Assembly (NCBI GenBank): GCA_051531975.1
Contig: JAOPTT010000002.1
Coordinates: 313,968 to 377,967 of the forward strand
Length of the DNA: 64,000 nucleotides
Reading direction: 5' to 3'
Source of the DNA: Spirochaetaceae bacterium
Lineage (GTDB): Bacteria; Spirochaetota; Spirochaetia; DSM-2461
The stretch's first letter is position 1; every line of letters starts with the position of its first letter. A program made the position numbers and the translations under genes. Positions 30,467-40,669 of this stretch are shown piece after piece. Under the pieces are notes generated by a model that worked only from the letters and a program-made list of their open reading frames with translations, made no database searches and was not told where the DNA came from.

Positions 30467-31906
30467 ATGTATAGATCTATTAGAGTTAGAGCTTCAATTT
30501 TAATCTGTACAATTATTGGTTCATCATTTCTATTTTTAGGTATTTATAATTACAATATTAGCAAAACATCTATTCATAACCAGATTGTAAACTCGTCTAT
30601 TCCCCTACTTCGAGAAAATATATATTCTGAAATAGAGAAAAGTTTTGTCCCAGCATTAGGTGTTAGTGCAGTTATGGCTCAAGATTCGTTTTTGATAAAC
30701 TGGGTAATTAATAATGAAAACGAATTAGGTCAAATAACACAGTACCTAAATAAGTTGAAAAATGAATTCGGCTATACTACAGCTTTTTTTATATCTGAAA
30801 GAACTGGGAAATACTATTATTACAATGGTATTTTAAAAGTTTTAGACCGGAAAAATGACCATGATAAATGGTATTATACTTTTATAGAATCCGGGTTGGA
30901 TTATGATTTAGATGTTGATTTTGATGAAGCTGATAATAACAGATTAACTATATTTATAAATAACAGAGTAAAGGATTTTGATGGGAAGCTTTTAGGTGTT
31001 GCCGGAATAGGAATAACTATGGAAAATTTCTCAGAGTTTCTTTCGAAGCAACAAGAGGATTATAACAGAACAATTTATTTAGTTGACCAAAATGGAGTAG
31101 TTCAAGCCCACTCAGATATTAAATTTGTAGAAAATGAAAATATAAATTCAAAAGAGGGTATAAAATCTATTTCTAAGAAACTTATAGATAATACAGAGCC
31201 TACTATTGAAAATTATAAATTAAATGGGCAAAGCATATTAGTAAGCTCTAAATATATAGATGATGTTAATTGGTACTTAATAGTAGAGCAAAATGAAACA
31301 GTGGCATTAAAAGGTGCTTTTAATACACTTATTCGAACTTTAATAGTAGGAATACTGTTATTAACAGTTATTTTATTAGTGATACTTCAAGTCCTTAATT
31401 ACTTTTCAAAAAAACTAGAAGTCCTTGCGGCAACTGATCCTTTAACAAGTTGTTATAATAGAAGAGAATTTGATACACAATTAAATAAAGTCCTTATTAT
31501 GAAAAAAAGAAATGCTGCTCCTGTATCTATTATAATGATAGATATAGATAATTTTAAGATGATAAATGATGCCAATGGACATCAGTTTGGAGATTTTGTA
31601 TTGACAGAGCTTACATCTTTAATCAAACAAATAAAGAGACCAAATGATATATTATGCCGCCTGGGTGGTGACGAGTTTGCCATACTTCTTGAAAGCAACT
31701 TATATGAGACTAAAATGCTTGCTAACAGAATAAGAACAGATCTATCAAATAAGATAATACAAACTAAAAAAAACAAGGAATATAGGGTTACTCTAAGCAT
31801 GGGAGTATACGAAGCTGGGGTAGATGACACTATGGAAGTTGTTATTAACAATAGTGATAAAGCACTTTATCGTGCTAAAGAGTCAGGAAGAGATTGTATT
31901 AAATAA
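30467..31906 (+). CDS. Membrane diguanylate cyclase with a periplasmic Cache sensor
   Basis: Two TM segments, Cache-like DKWYY region, DPLTSCYNRR, DIDNFKMIND, RPND I-site and RLGGDEF. Confidence 0.93.
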   Translation: MYRSIRVRASILICTIIGSSFLFLGIYNYNISKTSIHNQIVNSSIPLLRENIYSEIEKSFVPALGVSAVMAQDSFLINWVINNENELGQITQYLNKLKNEFGYTTAFFISERTGKYYYYNGILKVLDRKNDHDKWYYTFIESGLDYDLDVDFDEADNNRLTIFINNRVKDFDGKLLGVAGIGITMENFSEFLSKQQEDYNRTIYLVDQNGVVQAHSDIKFVENENINSKEGIKSISKKLIDNTEPTIENYKLNGQSILVSSKYIDDVNWYLIVEQNETVALKGAFNTLIRTLIVGILLLTVILLVILQVLNYFSKKLEVLAATDPLTSCYNRREFDTQLNKVLIMKKRNAAPVSIIMIDIDNFKMINDANGHQFGDFVLTELTSLIKQIKRPNDILCRLGGDEFAILLESNLYETKMLANRIRTDLSNKIIQTKKNKEYRVTLSMGVYEAGVDDTMEVVINNSDKALYRAKESGRDCIK

Positions 31907-32803
31907 TTAACCTTCATATGGAATTTTTGCTGCCCTCTGAGTTAAAAATAGACCAGTAACTACTATAAAAATACCTATAACCTCTCTGATAGAAAAACTT
32001 GTACCTAACATTAAAAATGAGATAATACCTGTGATTATAGGGATTGTATTTGAAAATGCACTTGTTTTCGTAACTCCAATTTTTTTTAGAACCGAGATAT
32101 AAAGTAAAAAAGATAAAACTGATGGAAAGATCGCTAAAAATAACATAGCAAGAATAAATTCATTATTAAGCAGATCTAACGATATGTCTTTAACCTCTAA
32201 TGTCAAAAATAGTGGTAAGAACAGAATGGTCCCTACTAAATTTTGTATTGATATAATTGTTAAAGATGAGTAACTATTTCCTAATTTAACAATTAATAAG
32301 CTATTGGCAACAGCAGCAAAAACTGCAAAAAACATCAAGATAATTCCTATCATTGAACCCTTTTGATTTATTACATCTAGACCGATCATGATAATGATTC
32401 CAGTAAATGATATAAATACACCAGTTATATTAACTTTAGAGACTCTTTCTCTATAAAATATCATAGATGCTAACATAGCAAAAACAGGAATTGTAGCAAT
32501 TATTACTGAAGCGTGGGTAGAGGAAATATATTTCATTCCATACCCTTCTCCAATAAAATATAAAAATGGTTCAGTAAAACCCATTAAAAAAAATGTTAAG
32601 TAGTCTTTTTGCTGAATCTTCTCTCTATTTTTATTTAAAACATAAATAAACATTAGAGCTGTCGATGCAATAATAAGTCTACCAAAAATCATGGTAATAG
32701 GGCCTGTATATTTATATACGATTTTAATAAATACAAAAGACGCACCCCAAAAAAGCATTGCAAAAAGCATGAGTATATAGTTCTTAGTAGTTGAATTAGG
32801 CAT
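31907..32803 (-). CDS. DMT/EamA family transporter
   Basis: About 10 TM helices; FWGASFVFIK. Confidence 0.9.
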   Translation of the reverse strand: MPNSTTKNYILMLFAMLFWGASFVFIKIVYKYTGPITMIFGRLIIASTALMFIYVLNKNREKIQQKDYLTFFLMGFTEPFLYFIGEGYGMKYISSTHASVIIATIPVFAMLASMIFYRERVSKVNITGVFISFTGIIIMIGLDVINQKGSMIGIILMFFAVFAAVANSLLIVKLGNSYSSLTIISIQNLVGTILFLPLFLTLEVKDISLDLLNNEFILAMLFLAIFPSVLSFLLYISVLKKIGVTKTSAFSNTIPIITGIISFLMLGTSFSIREVIGIFIVVTGLFLTQRAAKIPYEG

Positions 32804-33590
32804 TTAGAAGTTTCTCCATATATTTTGCAACTCCATCTTGGTCGTTAGTGAAGTCAGAATTTTCAAATTTATCTTTTAGACTCTGAAAACCATTTTTCAT
32901 TACGATTCCCTTTCCAGCGTACTCTAACATCTCAAGATCATTAAGACCGTCACCAAAGGCAATTATCTCATGTTGTTTAATCCCGTATGTTTTTGCTACG
33001 CTATCAAGAGCTTTAGCCTTAGAGGCACTGATATCCATAAATTCTAAAAATGTTGGTTTTGAAAATGCGATATAACCAACTTTATTAAATTTAGGTATAA
33101 ACTCTTTTTCTAAGTTTATTAGTGTCTGATGTTCATCTATTAAGATACATTTTGTAAAAGATAGTTGTTTTAGTTTATCAAAATTTACTTTAATACCACT
33201 AAGACCAGTAAGTTCAGCGTATTTTTGGGTTTCTATAGTCTCTTTTTCATAATAGAAGTCCCCATTTATATAACTAACTAGAGTAATATTATCTCTTCTA
33301 GATACTTTTATTAAATCTTTAGCAATATCTTCTGGTAGATTACTATCATGAATAATTTCATCTGTTTTACCGTCTCTTATCATTGCGCCATTATAACAAA
33401 TAACTGGGTATTCAAGTTTTAGGATATGAATTTTAGGTTTTAATGAGCTATAGCTCCTTCCAGTAGCAATAACTATTTTTACACCTTTTAATTCTAACTC
33501 TTTTAATATATTAGCTGTAAAATTAGATATGGAACCCTTACTGTCTAATAAAGTTCCATCTAGATCTAATGCGATTAATTTATATTTCAT
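32796..33590 (-). CDS. Cof-type HAD-IIB hydrolase
   Basis: DLDGTLL, ATGR, NGA, SKA, FGDGLNDLEML. Confidence 0.93.
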   Translation of the reverse strand: MKYKLIALDLDGTLLDSKGSISNFTANILKELELKGVKIVIATGRSYSSLKPKIHILKLEYPVICYNGAMIRDGKTDEIIHDSNLPEDIAKDLIKVSRRDNITLVSYINGDFYYEKETIETQKYAELTGLSGIKVNFDKLKQLSFTKCILIDEHQTLINLEKEFIPKFNKVGYIAFSKPTFLEFMDISASKAKALDSVAKTYGIKQHEIIAFGDGLNDLEMLEYAGKGIVMKNGFQSLKDKFENSDFTNDQDGVAKYMEKLLNA

Positions 33591-33608
33591 GGTAATAGTA
33601 TAAATTAA

Positions 33609-34364
33609 TTACAATTTATTTATAAGTTTCTCAAAGCTTTTTTGTAATATATCAAACATATAGGATTGTACGTAATCTTTATCATCTTCTATCATATCTT
33701 CAAATGAAATAAAATAGTCTCCATTATCAAACCTTTTAAGAAGATAACCTACTACTTGTAACTCTCTTTCATTTATTAAAAATGAAACTCTTTCAACATT
33801 ATCGTCGTCATCGATTTTACCTTTTTTAGGTTCCGCTAATATCCCAGCACTACTTATACTTTTAATTGTACCCTTCATGGAGTAACCTTTTAAGGTAAAT
33901 ATTTTTACTGATAGATTAGTTATATTTTCATTTTTATCAAAATCTAGACGAACACTTTTACGTCTACCTCTTGCTTCGTTTAATTCTAATACCTGGTTCA
34001 CTAATTCAACAGTTTTCCAATTATCTTCTTCAAGATGTATATAACCACCTTTTATACCAATATCCATTAGAAACGTTCTTTTTAGTGAAGGTGTCTCTTT
34101 TTTAGAAAATACAGTAATCGCGACATTTTTATATTTCTTATTTAGTTTGTTAATATATTCAGCCCATTGAATGTAGCTTAGATCCTGGTCAATATTTATA
34201 AATACAATTGCATCCTTAAACATATCTAACAGCTCTTCTATTTTACTTTTGTTTTCTAATAAATAAATTTCAAACTCTTGTCTGAATATATTCTCAAGGA
34301 ATGGTCCTTTTAATGACTCAGGGGGATGTATAAAAAATATTTTTCTTCCAAATTTAGATATCAT
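33609..34364 (-). CDS. PilZ-like domain protein
   Basis: RxxxR (RGRRKSVR) followed by SISSAG, a variant of the D/NxSxxG motif. Confidence 0.6.
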   Translation of the reverse strand: MISKFGRKIFFIHPPESLKGPFLENIFRQEFEIYLLENKSKIEELLDMFKDAIVFINIDQDLSYIQWAEYINKLNKKYKNVAITVFSKKETPSLKRTFLMDIGIKGGYIHLEEDNWKTVELVNQVLELNEARGRRKSVRLDFDKNENITNLSVKIFTLKGYSMKGTIKSISSAGILAEPKKGKIDDDDNVERVSFLINERELQVVGYLLKRFDNGDYFISFEDMIEDDKDYVQSYMFDILQKSFEKLINKL

Positions 34365-34456
34365 ACATTATTTATCGGTATTTTTTTAGTAAACAGTAGG
34401 ATAATCTAATTTATAGATTTAGAAAGGATTTGAAATGGTGCAGGTGAAAAGATTTT

Positions 34457-35206
34457 TTAATTGGATGAAGAATTAAAATAATAATCCTGAAGTATTCCAA
34501 CCTCCTCTATCGCAGATTCATATCTAGAAAGTAATTCACCTCCGGTAATCTTGGAAAAGCCATCATAATGTTTACCCATATTTTTACCAAGCATTTCTTG
34601 GGGAACATCTAATACCATAAGCTCATCTGATTTATTATGATTAAGTTCTTTTTTAAAACCATTATATGAATTCATTGATGGAAAAAATGCCATATCAAAT
34701 GACCCTGCCACTAAGCGCATTAAAACTGCTTTACCCCAATTATTTCCGGAAACATATTGAATATCGATTCTTTTATCTTCTGAAAATTTTGGCATTATCA
34801 TATCTAAACAGTATCCAATTTTATACCCGTATAGATCTTCGTTGGAATCAATAATTAAATCTGCATATTCTTTCCTCACTACTATAGGTGCGTTGTCATA
34901 CCAACTTGGAGTATCTGAATATAGAATATAATCCTTTCTCTCATTTGTCCTAGACATAGCATAAAACATATCCAGATTACCATTTTTTAGATAGACTAAT
35001 ATTCTGGCAAAGGGCAGCGGGCCAATCCACTCAACTTTTACTCCCATAGAAGGAGCCAATAGTTCCTCATAATACTCTTTTATTCTGTTATCAAGAACTC
35101 CATTACTGGTGTCATTTATAAGATATCCTATACGCATAATACGTTCATCAGCACCTAAAAATTCTAAAGAGATAATAACAATAATTATAAGTAATAATGG
35201 TTTCAC
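34457..35206 (-). CDS. Periplasmic substrate-binding protein, family 3
   Basis: Signal peptide, LPFARILVYLKNGNLD, RTNERKDY, DLYGYKIG. Confidence 0.85.
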   Translation of the reverse strand: MKPLLLIIIVIISLEFLGADERIMRIGYLINDTSNGVLDNRIKEYYEELLAPSMGVKVEWIGPLPFARILVYLKNGNLDMFYAMSRTNERKDYILYSDTPSWYDNAPIVVRKEYADLIIDSNEDLYGYKIGYCLDMIMPKFSEDKRIDIQYVSGNNWGKAVLMRLVAGSFDMAFFPSMNSYNGFKKELNHNKSDELMVLDVPQEMLGKNMGKHYDGFSKITGGELLSRYESAIEEVGILQDYYFNSSSN

Positions 35207-35370
35207 AATTTAATCTTAATCTTTAAAGATTTTTTATTCAAACAAATATTGAACATATCAATTATAAATATCTACAAAAGATGCTATTTCCTATATCAAT
35301 TACTTTATGAATCAAACTTCTAATTATGAATTTAATTAAAATAATGTTCTATATAAATACTGAGGTATAG

Positions 35371-36030
35371 ATGTATAAATTCAGAGAAGGTATTTCTCAC
35401 CTGCAGCCAAGAGAGAAAGCTGTCCAGTACGGTATTAAAAACTTAAGTGATAGGGAACTTCTAACTATACTATTAGGTAGTGGTTCAAGGGAGAACCCCG
35501 TAAATAAACTTGCAACAAAAATACTGCTACTTTTAGATAAAACCGATGGGGAAGTATCTACAGATGATTTACAAAAAATAAAAGGAGTTGGAACAGCTAA
35601 AGCTACACTGATTCGAGCATCCCTAGAGTTCTCTAGACGTAGACTCTGTCCCAATGTAACAAAAATAGCCTACCCTACCGATATTCTTCCTGCTGTTAGA
35701 CACTATGTTACGAGGCCACAAGAGTATTTTATTGTAATATCCTTAAATGGTGCCCACGAGATTATCACTACAAATGTTGTAAGCATAGGTATATTAAATA
35801 GAACATTAATTCATCCAAGAGAAGTCTTTTCAGATCCTTTAAAGGAAAGAGCTGCTTCGTTAATTTTATGTCATAATCATCCTAGTGGGAATCTAGAACC
35901 TAGTCCTGAAGATAAGGAAGTAACAGATAGACTAGTTAGTGCTGGAGAATTATTAGGAATTAAAGTTCTAGATCATATAATCTTCTCAGATAAGCACTAT
36001 TATAGTTTTACTGAAGATTCACTTATTTAG
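35371..36030 (+). CDS. radC: RadC/UPF0758 JAB-domain protein, full length with HhH
   Basis: PREK...LSDRELL, IKGVGTAKA, HPREVF, HNHPSG...PSPED, LDHIIF. Confidence 0.95.
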   Translation: MYKFREGISHLQPREKAVQYGIKNLSDRELLTILLGSGSRENPVNKLATKILLLLDKTDGEVSTDDLQKIKGVGTAKATLIRASLEFSRRRLCPNVTKIAYPTDILPAVRHYVTRPQEYFIVISLNGAHEIITTNVVSIGILNRTLIHPREVFSDPLKERAASLILCHNHPSGNLEPSPEDKEVTDRLVSAGELLGIKVLDHIIFSDKHYYSFTEDSLI

Positions 36031-36123
36031 CATAAAAGACAAAGTTTCTCTCTATTTTATATTTACATATTTGACAAAACGTAAAAATAAGGCAACAATG
36101 TAAGTTAACAAGAGGAGACTTAA

Positions 36124-37629
36124 TTGATACTACATCACCAATTTATTCAAACAGCAAAGAAATTTTCCAGTAAAATGGCAATTTTAGATAAAATGACTGG
36201 TTCAGAGGTTTCATATTCCAAAGCTTTAATTGCTTCATTAATTTTAAGTAAAAAGTTTTCAAAATATAAACAGGAACATATTGGTATTATGGTTCCAACT
36301 TCAGCAGGAGCAATGTTATCAACTATTGGAGTTTTAATGGCAGGGAAAATCCCTGTAATGATAAACTACTCAACTGGGGCTCCAGAAAATTGTCATTATG
36401 CACAAAAAAAATGTAATTTTGATACTATAATAACATCAAGAGCTTTATTAGAAAAAATAAATTGCCCAATATTAGATGGGATGATATGTCTAGAAGATAT
36501 AATGAAGTCTATATCTACTTTTGAAAAGATATCTGCTGCGCTTAAAACAAAGTTACCTGTAGCTTCAATAATAAAGTTATTACCAAAGGCAAATATAGAA
36601 GATACAGCTTGTGTTTTATTTACTAGTGGAAGTGAAAAAGATCCAAAGGGAGTTCAACTATCTCATAAAAATCTTGGTTGTAATGTGGATGATGTTGTTA
36701 ATGTACTTGAGCTAAAAGAAAAAGATATTATATTTTCTGTTCTCCCACTTTTTCATGTATTTGGAATTCAAACTAACTTCTGGATGCCTTTGACTAGGGG
36801 TATGACAGCGGTAACATATGCAAATCCATTGGATTTTAAAATGATTCCTAAAATAATCAAAGAGATGAAATGTACTATGATCGCAGCTACCCCAATTTTC
36901 TTAGCTGGTTATGTACGATCCGCATCTAGTGGGGATTTTGAAAACCTAGAACTTGTTGTAGCTGGTGCTGATAAAACTCCTGATTGGTTAAGAGAAGAAT
37001 ATAGAAACAAGCATAATATTGAGATTATTGAAGGTTATGGTGCCACAGAAGCTAGCCCAGTTATATCTGTGAATCATAGAGATAAAAACAAGCCAGGAAG
37101 TATTGGTCTTGTGGTACCACATGCAACTGTGAAAATTACACATATAGAAACTGGAGAGACTCTACCTAATGGAGAAGAAGGAAAGATCCTTGTTAAAGGT
37201 GATCTAGTAATGAAAGGTTATCTCGATTCTGAGAAAACTAAAGAGGCTATTGTTGATGGCTGGTACTATACAGGAGATATCGGTGTTTTAGACGACGATG
37301 GATTTTTATGGCATAAAGGACGTCTTAAACGGTTTGTAAAGGTTGGTGGTGAGATGGTATCCTTAGTACATACAGAAATTATACTTTCAGAGATATTAGG
37401 AAGTGAAATAGATTGTTGTGTAGTTGGTCTACCGGATGACATAAAAGGCTCTACATTAATCGCTGTTATTACAAAAGAGATAGATACTAATGATGTAAAA
37501 AAGCAGCTTTCTAAAGAACTACCTGCTATTTGCATACCAAAAAAATTCGTAGTATTACCGGAACTACCTAAGATGGGAACCGGTAAAATAGATTTTAGAA
37601 AAGTAACAGATTTAATGTTAAAATCATAA
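36124..37629 (+). CDS. Acyl-ACP synthetase-like AMP-binding enzyme (Aas C-terminal domain)
   Basis: LFTSGSEKDPKGV, LPLFHVFG, EGYGATE, YYTGD, GRLKRFVKVGGEMVSL, LPKMGTGKID; TTG start with AGGAG SD. Confidence 0.88.
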   Translation: MILHHQFIQTAKKFSSKMAILDKMTGSEVSYSKALIASLILSKKFSKYKQEHIGIMVPTSAGAMLSTIGVLMAGKIPVMINYSTGAPENCHYAQKKCNFDTIITSRALLEKINCPILDGMICLEDIMKSISTFEKISAALKTKLPVASIIKLLPKANIEDTACVLFTSGSEKDPKGVQLSHKNLGCNVDDVVNVLELKEKDIIFSVLPLFHVFGIQTNFWMPLTRGMTAVTYANPLDFKMIPKIIKEMKCTMIAATPIFLAGYVRSASSGDFENLELVVAGADKTPDWLREEYRNKHNIEIIEGYGATEASPVISVNHRDKNKPGSIGLVVPHATVKITHIETGETLPNGEEGKILVKGDLVMKGYLDSEKTKEAIVDGWYYTGDIGVLDDDGFLWHKGRLKRFVKVGGEMVSLVHTEIILSEILGSEIDCCVVGLPDDIKGSTLIAVITKEIDTNDVKKQLSKELPAICIPKKFVVLPELPKMGTGKIDFRKVTDLMLKS

Positions 37630-38482
37630 TTACTGATACAACGATACTTAAAGAGAGGGTATTTGTTACGTACCCTAAATTTTTATGATCGTCTTGATCC
37701 ATAAATATTGATACTACAAATGGTGGTGGCATTAAAAACATTACTAATACCCCATATTCAAATATGATTGGTAGCCCTAAAAAGCTACTAATAATAAACT
37801 TATTAACTAACAGTGCACTAATAAAAAGAAGTGTTTTTCTAAATATCACAGTTTTTAATGCAAGTAGAAATCCTTCTTTTTTAAACTCTATTTCATACCC
37901 TAAACTAATCATAATTAATGGCATGGTTAAACTACCAAGGATATCAATAATTTCAATTTGAGTTATATCTATATTTATTAGGCCAATTATTAATCCAGAA
38001 ATTATAGCAATAATCACTGGTGATTTAATAAATGTTTTTGAGATCTCTTTAATAGAATTTTTCCCACTCTTTAACTGCCCAAGAGACGGTATTAAAACAA
38101 AAAATACAAATAGAACCTGTCCTAAATCTATAACTGCAATTACTGGAAGATTTTCTTGGCCAAATATAGTTAAAAAAAGAGCATAACCAAGCATACCCAT
38201 TTCAAAACCACCTAATAGATGGGGAAGATAAGGGCTTTTAATCTTAATGACTTTTTTTAAGGGTCTGGCTAATAAAAAGATACAAAGAGGAATACAAAAC
38301 ATCAATATAACAATAAGTAAGTACTCTTTCTGAAAGTCTATTCCAGAGAACCCTTTAAAAAGAAGTGCAGGAAGAGTAACATTTGCAACTATTTTTTTTA
38401 AATCTCTAATGGTTTGTGTTTTAAGGAATTTAGAAAACTTAAAAAAAACTCCTAATAAAAACAGTAAAAAAATTGATAACAT
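37595..38482 (-). CDS. AEC family membrane transporter (start reassigned to ATG 38482)
   Basis: VTLPALLF, SPVIIAI, PLIMISLG, about 10 TM segments. The ATG lies 1 nt after the upstream GGDEF stop. Confidence 0.82.
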   Translation of the reverse strand: MLSIFLLFLLGVFFKFSKFLKTQTIRDLKKIVANVTLPALLFKGFSGIDFQKEYLLIVILMFCIPLCIFLLARPLKKVIKIKSPYLPHLLGGFEMGMLGYALFLTIFGQENLPVIAVIDLGQVLFVFFVLIPSLGQLKSGKNSIKEISKTFIKSPVIIAIISGLIIGLINIDITQIEIIDILGSLTMPLIMISLGYEIEFKKEGFLLALKTVIFRKTLLFISALLVNKFIISSFLGLPIIFEYGVLVMFLMPPPFVVSIFMDQDDHKNLGYVTNTLSLSIVVSVIMILTLNLLLF

Positions 38483-38483
38483 A

Positions 38484-39599
38484 CTACCCTCTCTTAACTT
38501 TATACATATGACTATCGGCATCGTGAATTAACTCTTTATAATTTGAGTGTTTATTAGGATCGTACATTACTGCTCCTGCACTAAATTTAAGTTTATATGG
38601 TTTAATTTCTTTATTATTATATTCTTCGATATCGGTACTTATTCGATTAATAGCTTTTTCAATAATTAACTCATAAGATGAATCCACAATTATTAAAAAC
38701 TCATCTCCACCATAACGACCAACTATATCTTTCTTTTTAAAAAGGATATTTATAATGTTTGAGAATATTTTTAATGCTTCGTCTCCCTCTTTATGTCCAA
38801 AGTTATCGTTTATCTCTTTAAAGTCGTTTAAATCTATAACAATAACAGCAAATGTTTTTTTTATATTTGGATTTCGCAGTCTATTTATAATCCATAACTC
38901 AAGTTCTCTTCTTGTTGATAACCCTGTTAGGAAATCTTTAGATAAATTTCGTAGTTCTAAAATAACAAAAGTAGCTAAACATGCTAATGCTGCAGAGTTC
39001 CATATAAGCAGAGTGTTCATAAAATAGGTCTGGAATAAAACTGAGCAGATGGGGAAAAAAGTAAAAAAGAAATAAGATGTTATTATACTTGTATCTAGAG
39101 AGCGTTTATTTTTTATTAATATAGGAATCGAAGCTAAAAGAATAAGCCACAGATATACAAATATAAAAATACTATATGGTCCTCTTTGGTATAAATTATT
39201 ATTAAAACTATAAAACCAACCTGTTTTTATATTAATAATCATGAATACAATTGCAATAATTACAAATTCTGATGCAAATATTCTTCTTTTTAATCTCGCT
39301 AATGAACCAACTACTTTATAGTCTATATATACTAACCAAACGGCAGGAACTAATGGATTTAGGGAGAAAAAAACAAAATGAGAAACTTCATTCAATCTTT
39401 TAGAAAAATCACCTGTTTTACCATCGGTATACCATAATAAACTTTCTAAAAATAACATTAAAATTATTGATGCAATTAACACTATAAATATACGGTTTGA
39501 AATTGATAAATGTTGCCGACTATATACTAATGCAAATAGAAGAATGATTAATATTCCTATTGAGAAAAAATTTATATCAACAACTATAAAGAGATCCAT
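38484..39599 (-). CDS. Membrane-anchored diguanylate cyclase
   Basis: About 6-7 TM segments, DFLTGL, DLNDFKEINDNFGHKEGD, RYGGDEF. Confidence 0.92.
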   Translation of the reverse strand: MDLFIVVDINFFSIGILIILLFALVYSRQHLSISNRIFIVLIASIILMLFLESLLWYTDGKTGDFSKRLNEVSHFVFFSLNPLVPAVWLVYIDYKVVGSLARLKRRIFASEFVIIAIVFMIINIKTGWFYSFNNNLYQRGPYSIFIFVYLWLILLASIPILIKNKRSLDTSIITSYFFFTFFPICSVLFQTYFMNTLLIWNSAALACLATFVILELRNLSKDFLTGLSTRRELELWIINRLRNPNIKKTFAVIVIDLNDFKEINDNFGHKEGDEALKIFSNIINILFKKKDIVGRYGGDEFLIIVDSSYELIIEKAINRISTDIEEYNNKEIKPYKLKFSAGAVMYDPNKHSNYKELIHDADSHMYKVKRG

Positions 39600-39660
39600 A
39601 AATTAATCATAATACATTAAAATACTTTTATCCATGGATTAAAATCGATATACTAGCAAT

Positions 39661-40341
39661 ATGACATTTCATAAACCTACAATGCTAGCTTCTTTAAAAG
39701 CATCTTCTCCCGTTTTTTTTGGATATATTTCCATTGGTTTTGCATATGGATTTATTTTAGTTAAGGCTGGATTTCCATGGTACTACGCACTAATAATGTG
39801 TATTGTAATATTTGCTGGGGCAGCTCAGTTTATGGCAATAAGTCTACTTTTATCCGATAAAAGCCCATTAGAGATTGGATTAGCAGTTTTTTTAGTAAAT
39901 GCGAGGCACATGGTATATGGATTGTCTCTTTTAGAACGGTTTAAAGGTTTTAAAAAGTTAAAAAAATACCTGATCTATGGTTTAACCGATGAAACATACG
40001 CCTTATTAACTACACTAGAGACTCCTAAAGGTTCTTCCCCAGAGGTGTTTGACTTTTGGATTACTGCATTTAACCAGAGTTATTGGACTATGGGAAGTTT
40101 ATTAGGTGCACTACTTGGTACCATTGTAAGTTTTAATGCTCCTGGTTTAGATTTTGCCTTAACAGCACTATTTATAGTTTTAACTATTGAACAGATAAAG
40201 GCAATAAAAAAAGTTGGTCCTTTTTTATTACCAATAATAATAATATTGGGTCTACAAATAACTGGATTCACCAATGACATTCTAATTATTTCTATAGTTT
40301 TAAGTTCCATTGGATGCTTTTTTATTGGAGGTAAAAAATGA
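39661..40341 (+). CDS. azlC: AzlC family branched-chain amino acid exporter permease
   Basis: FAGAAQF, VNARHMVYG, LTDETYA, GLDFALTALF. Confidence 0.93.
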   Translation: MTFHKPTMLASLKASSPVFFGYISIGFAYGFILVKAGFPWYYALIMCIVIFAGAAQFMAISLLLSDKSPLEIGLAVFLVNARHMVYGLSLLERFKGFKKLKKYLIYGLTDETYALLTTLETPKGSSPEVFDFWITAFNQSYWTMGSLLGALLGTIVSFNAPGLDFALTALFIVLTIEQIKAIKKVGPFLLPIIIILGLQITGFTNDILIISIVLSSIGCFFIGGKK

Positions 40342-40646
40342 GAATATTTTTAGCTATCTTAGCAATGGGAATTGCAACTCAGTTAACTAGAGTTTTCCCA
40401 TTTTTACTGTTTAGTAAAAGAGAAGCACCTAGATGGTTATTAACCGGTGCAAAGCTAATTCCAGGTGCTGTAATGTTAACTCTTGTATTAACATCTCTAC
40501 CACTTTCAGTAGCTGCACAGAATTTTAAATTGCAATGGTTAGGTGCGGCTTCTGTTGTAACACTTCATCTGCTATTTAAACATCCCCTAGTTAGTATTTT
40601 TGGTGGAACTGCTGTATATATGCTACTACTACAATTGACATTATAA
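40338..40646 (+). CDS. azlD: AzlD family protein
   Basis: TRVFPF, SIFGGTAVYM; ATGA overlap with azlC. Confidence 0.88.
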   Translation: MRIFLAILAMGIATQLTRVFPFLLFSKREAPRWLLTGAKLIPGAVMLTLVLTSLPLSVAAQNFKLQWLGAASVVTLHLLFKHPLVSIFGGTAVYMLLLQLTL

Positions 40647-40663
40647 AACTAGAGCATTAGAAT
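40635..40663 (+). promoter_or_regulatory. Near-consensus sigma70 promoter of the YkgJ-like gene (leaderless geometry)
   Basis: TTGACA (40635-40640), 17 nt, TAGAAT (40658-40663), 6 nt, ATG 40670. Confidence 0.8.
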
Positions 40664-40669
40664 CATGCA

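Noticed and set aside
35371..36030. radC as a marker of a mobile element, and a LexA box upstream
   Set aside because: It is the full-length chromosomal type with HhH, there is no integrase nearby, and there is no convincing SOS box.
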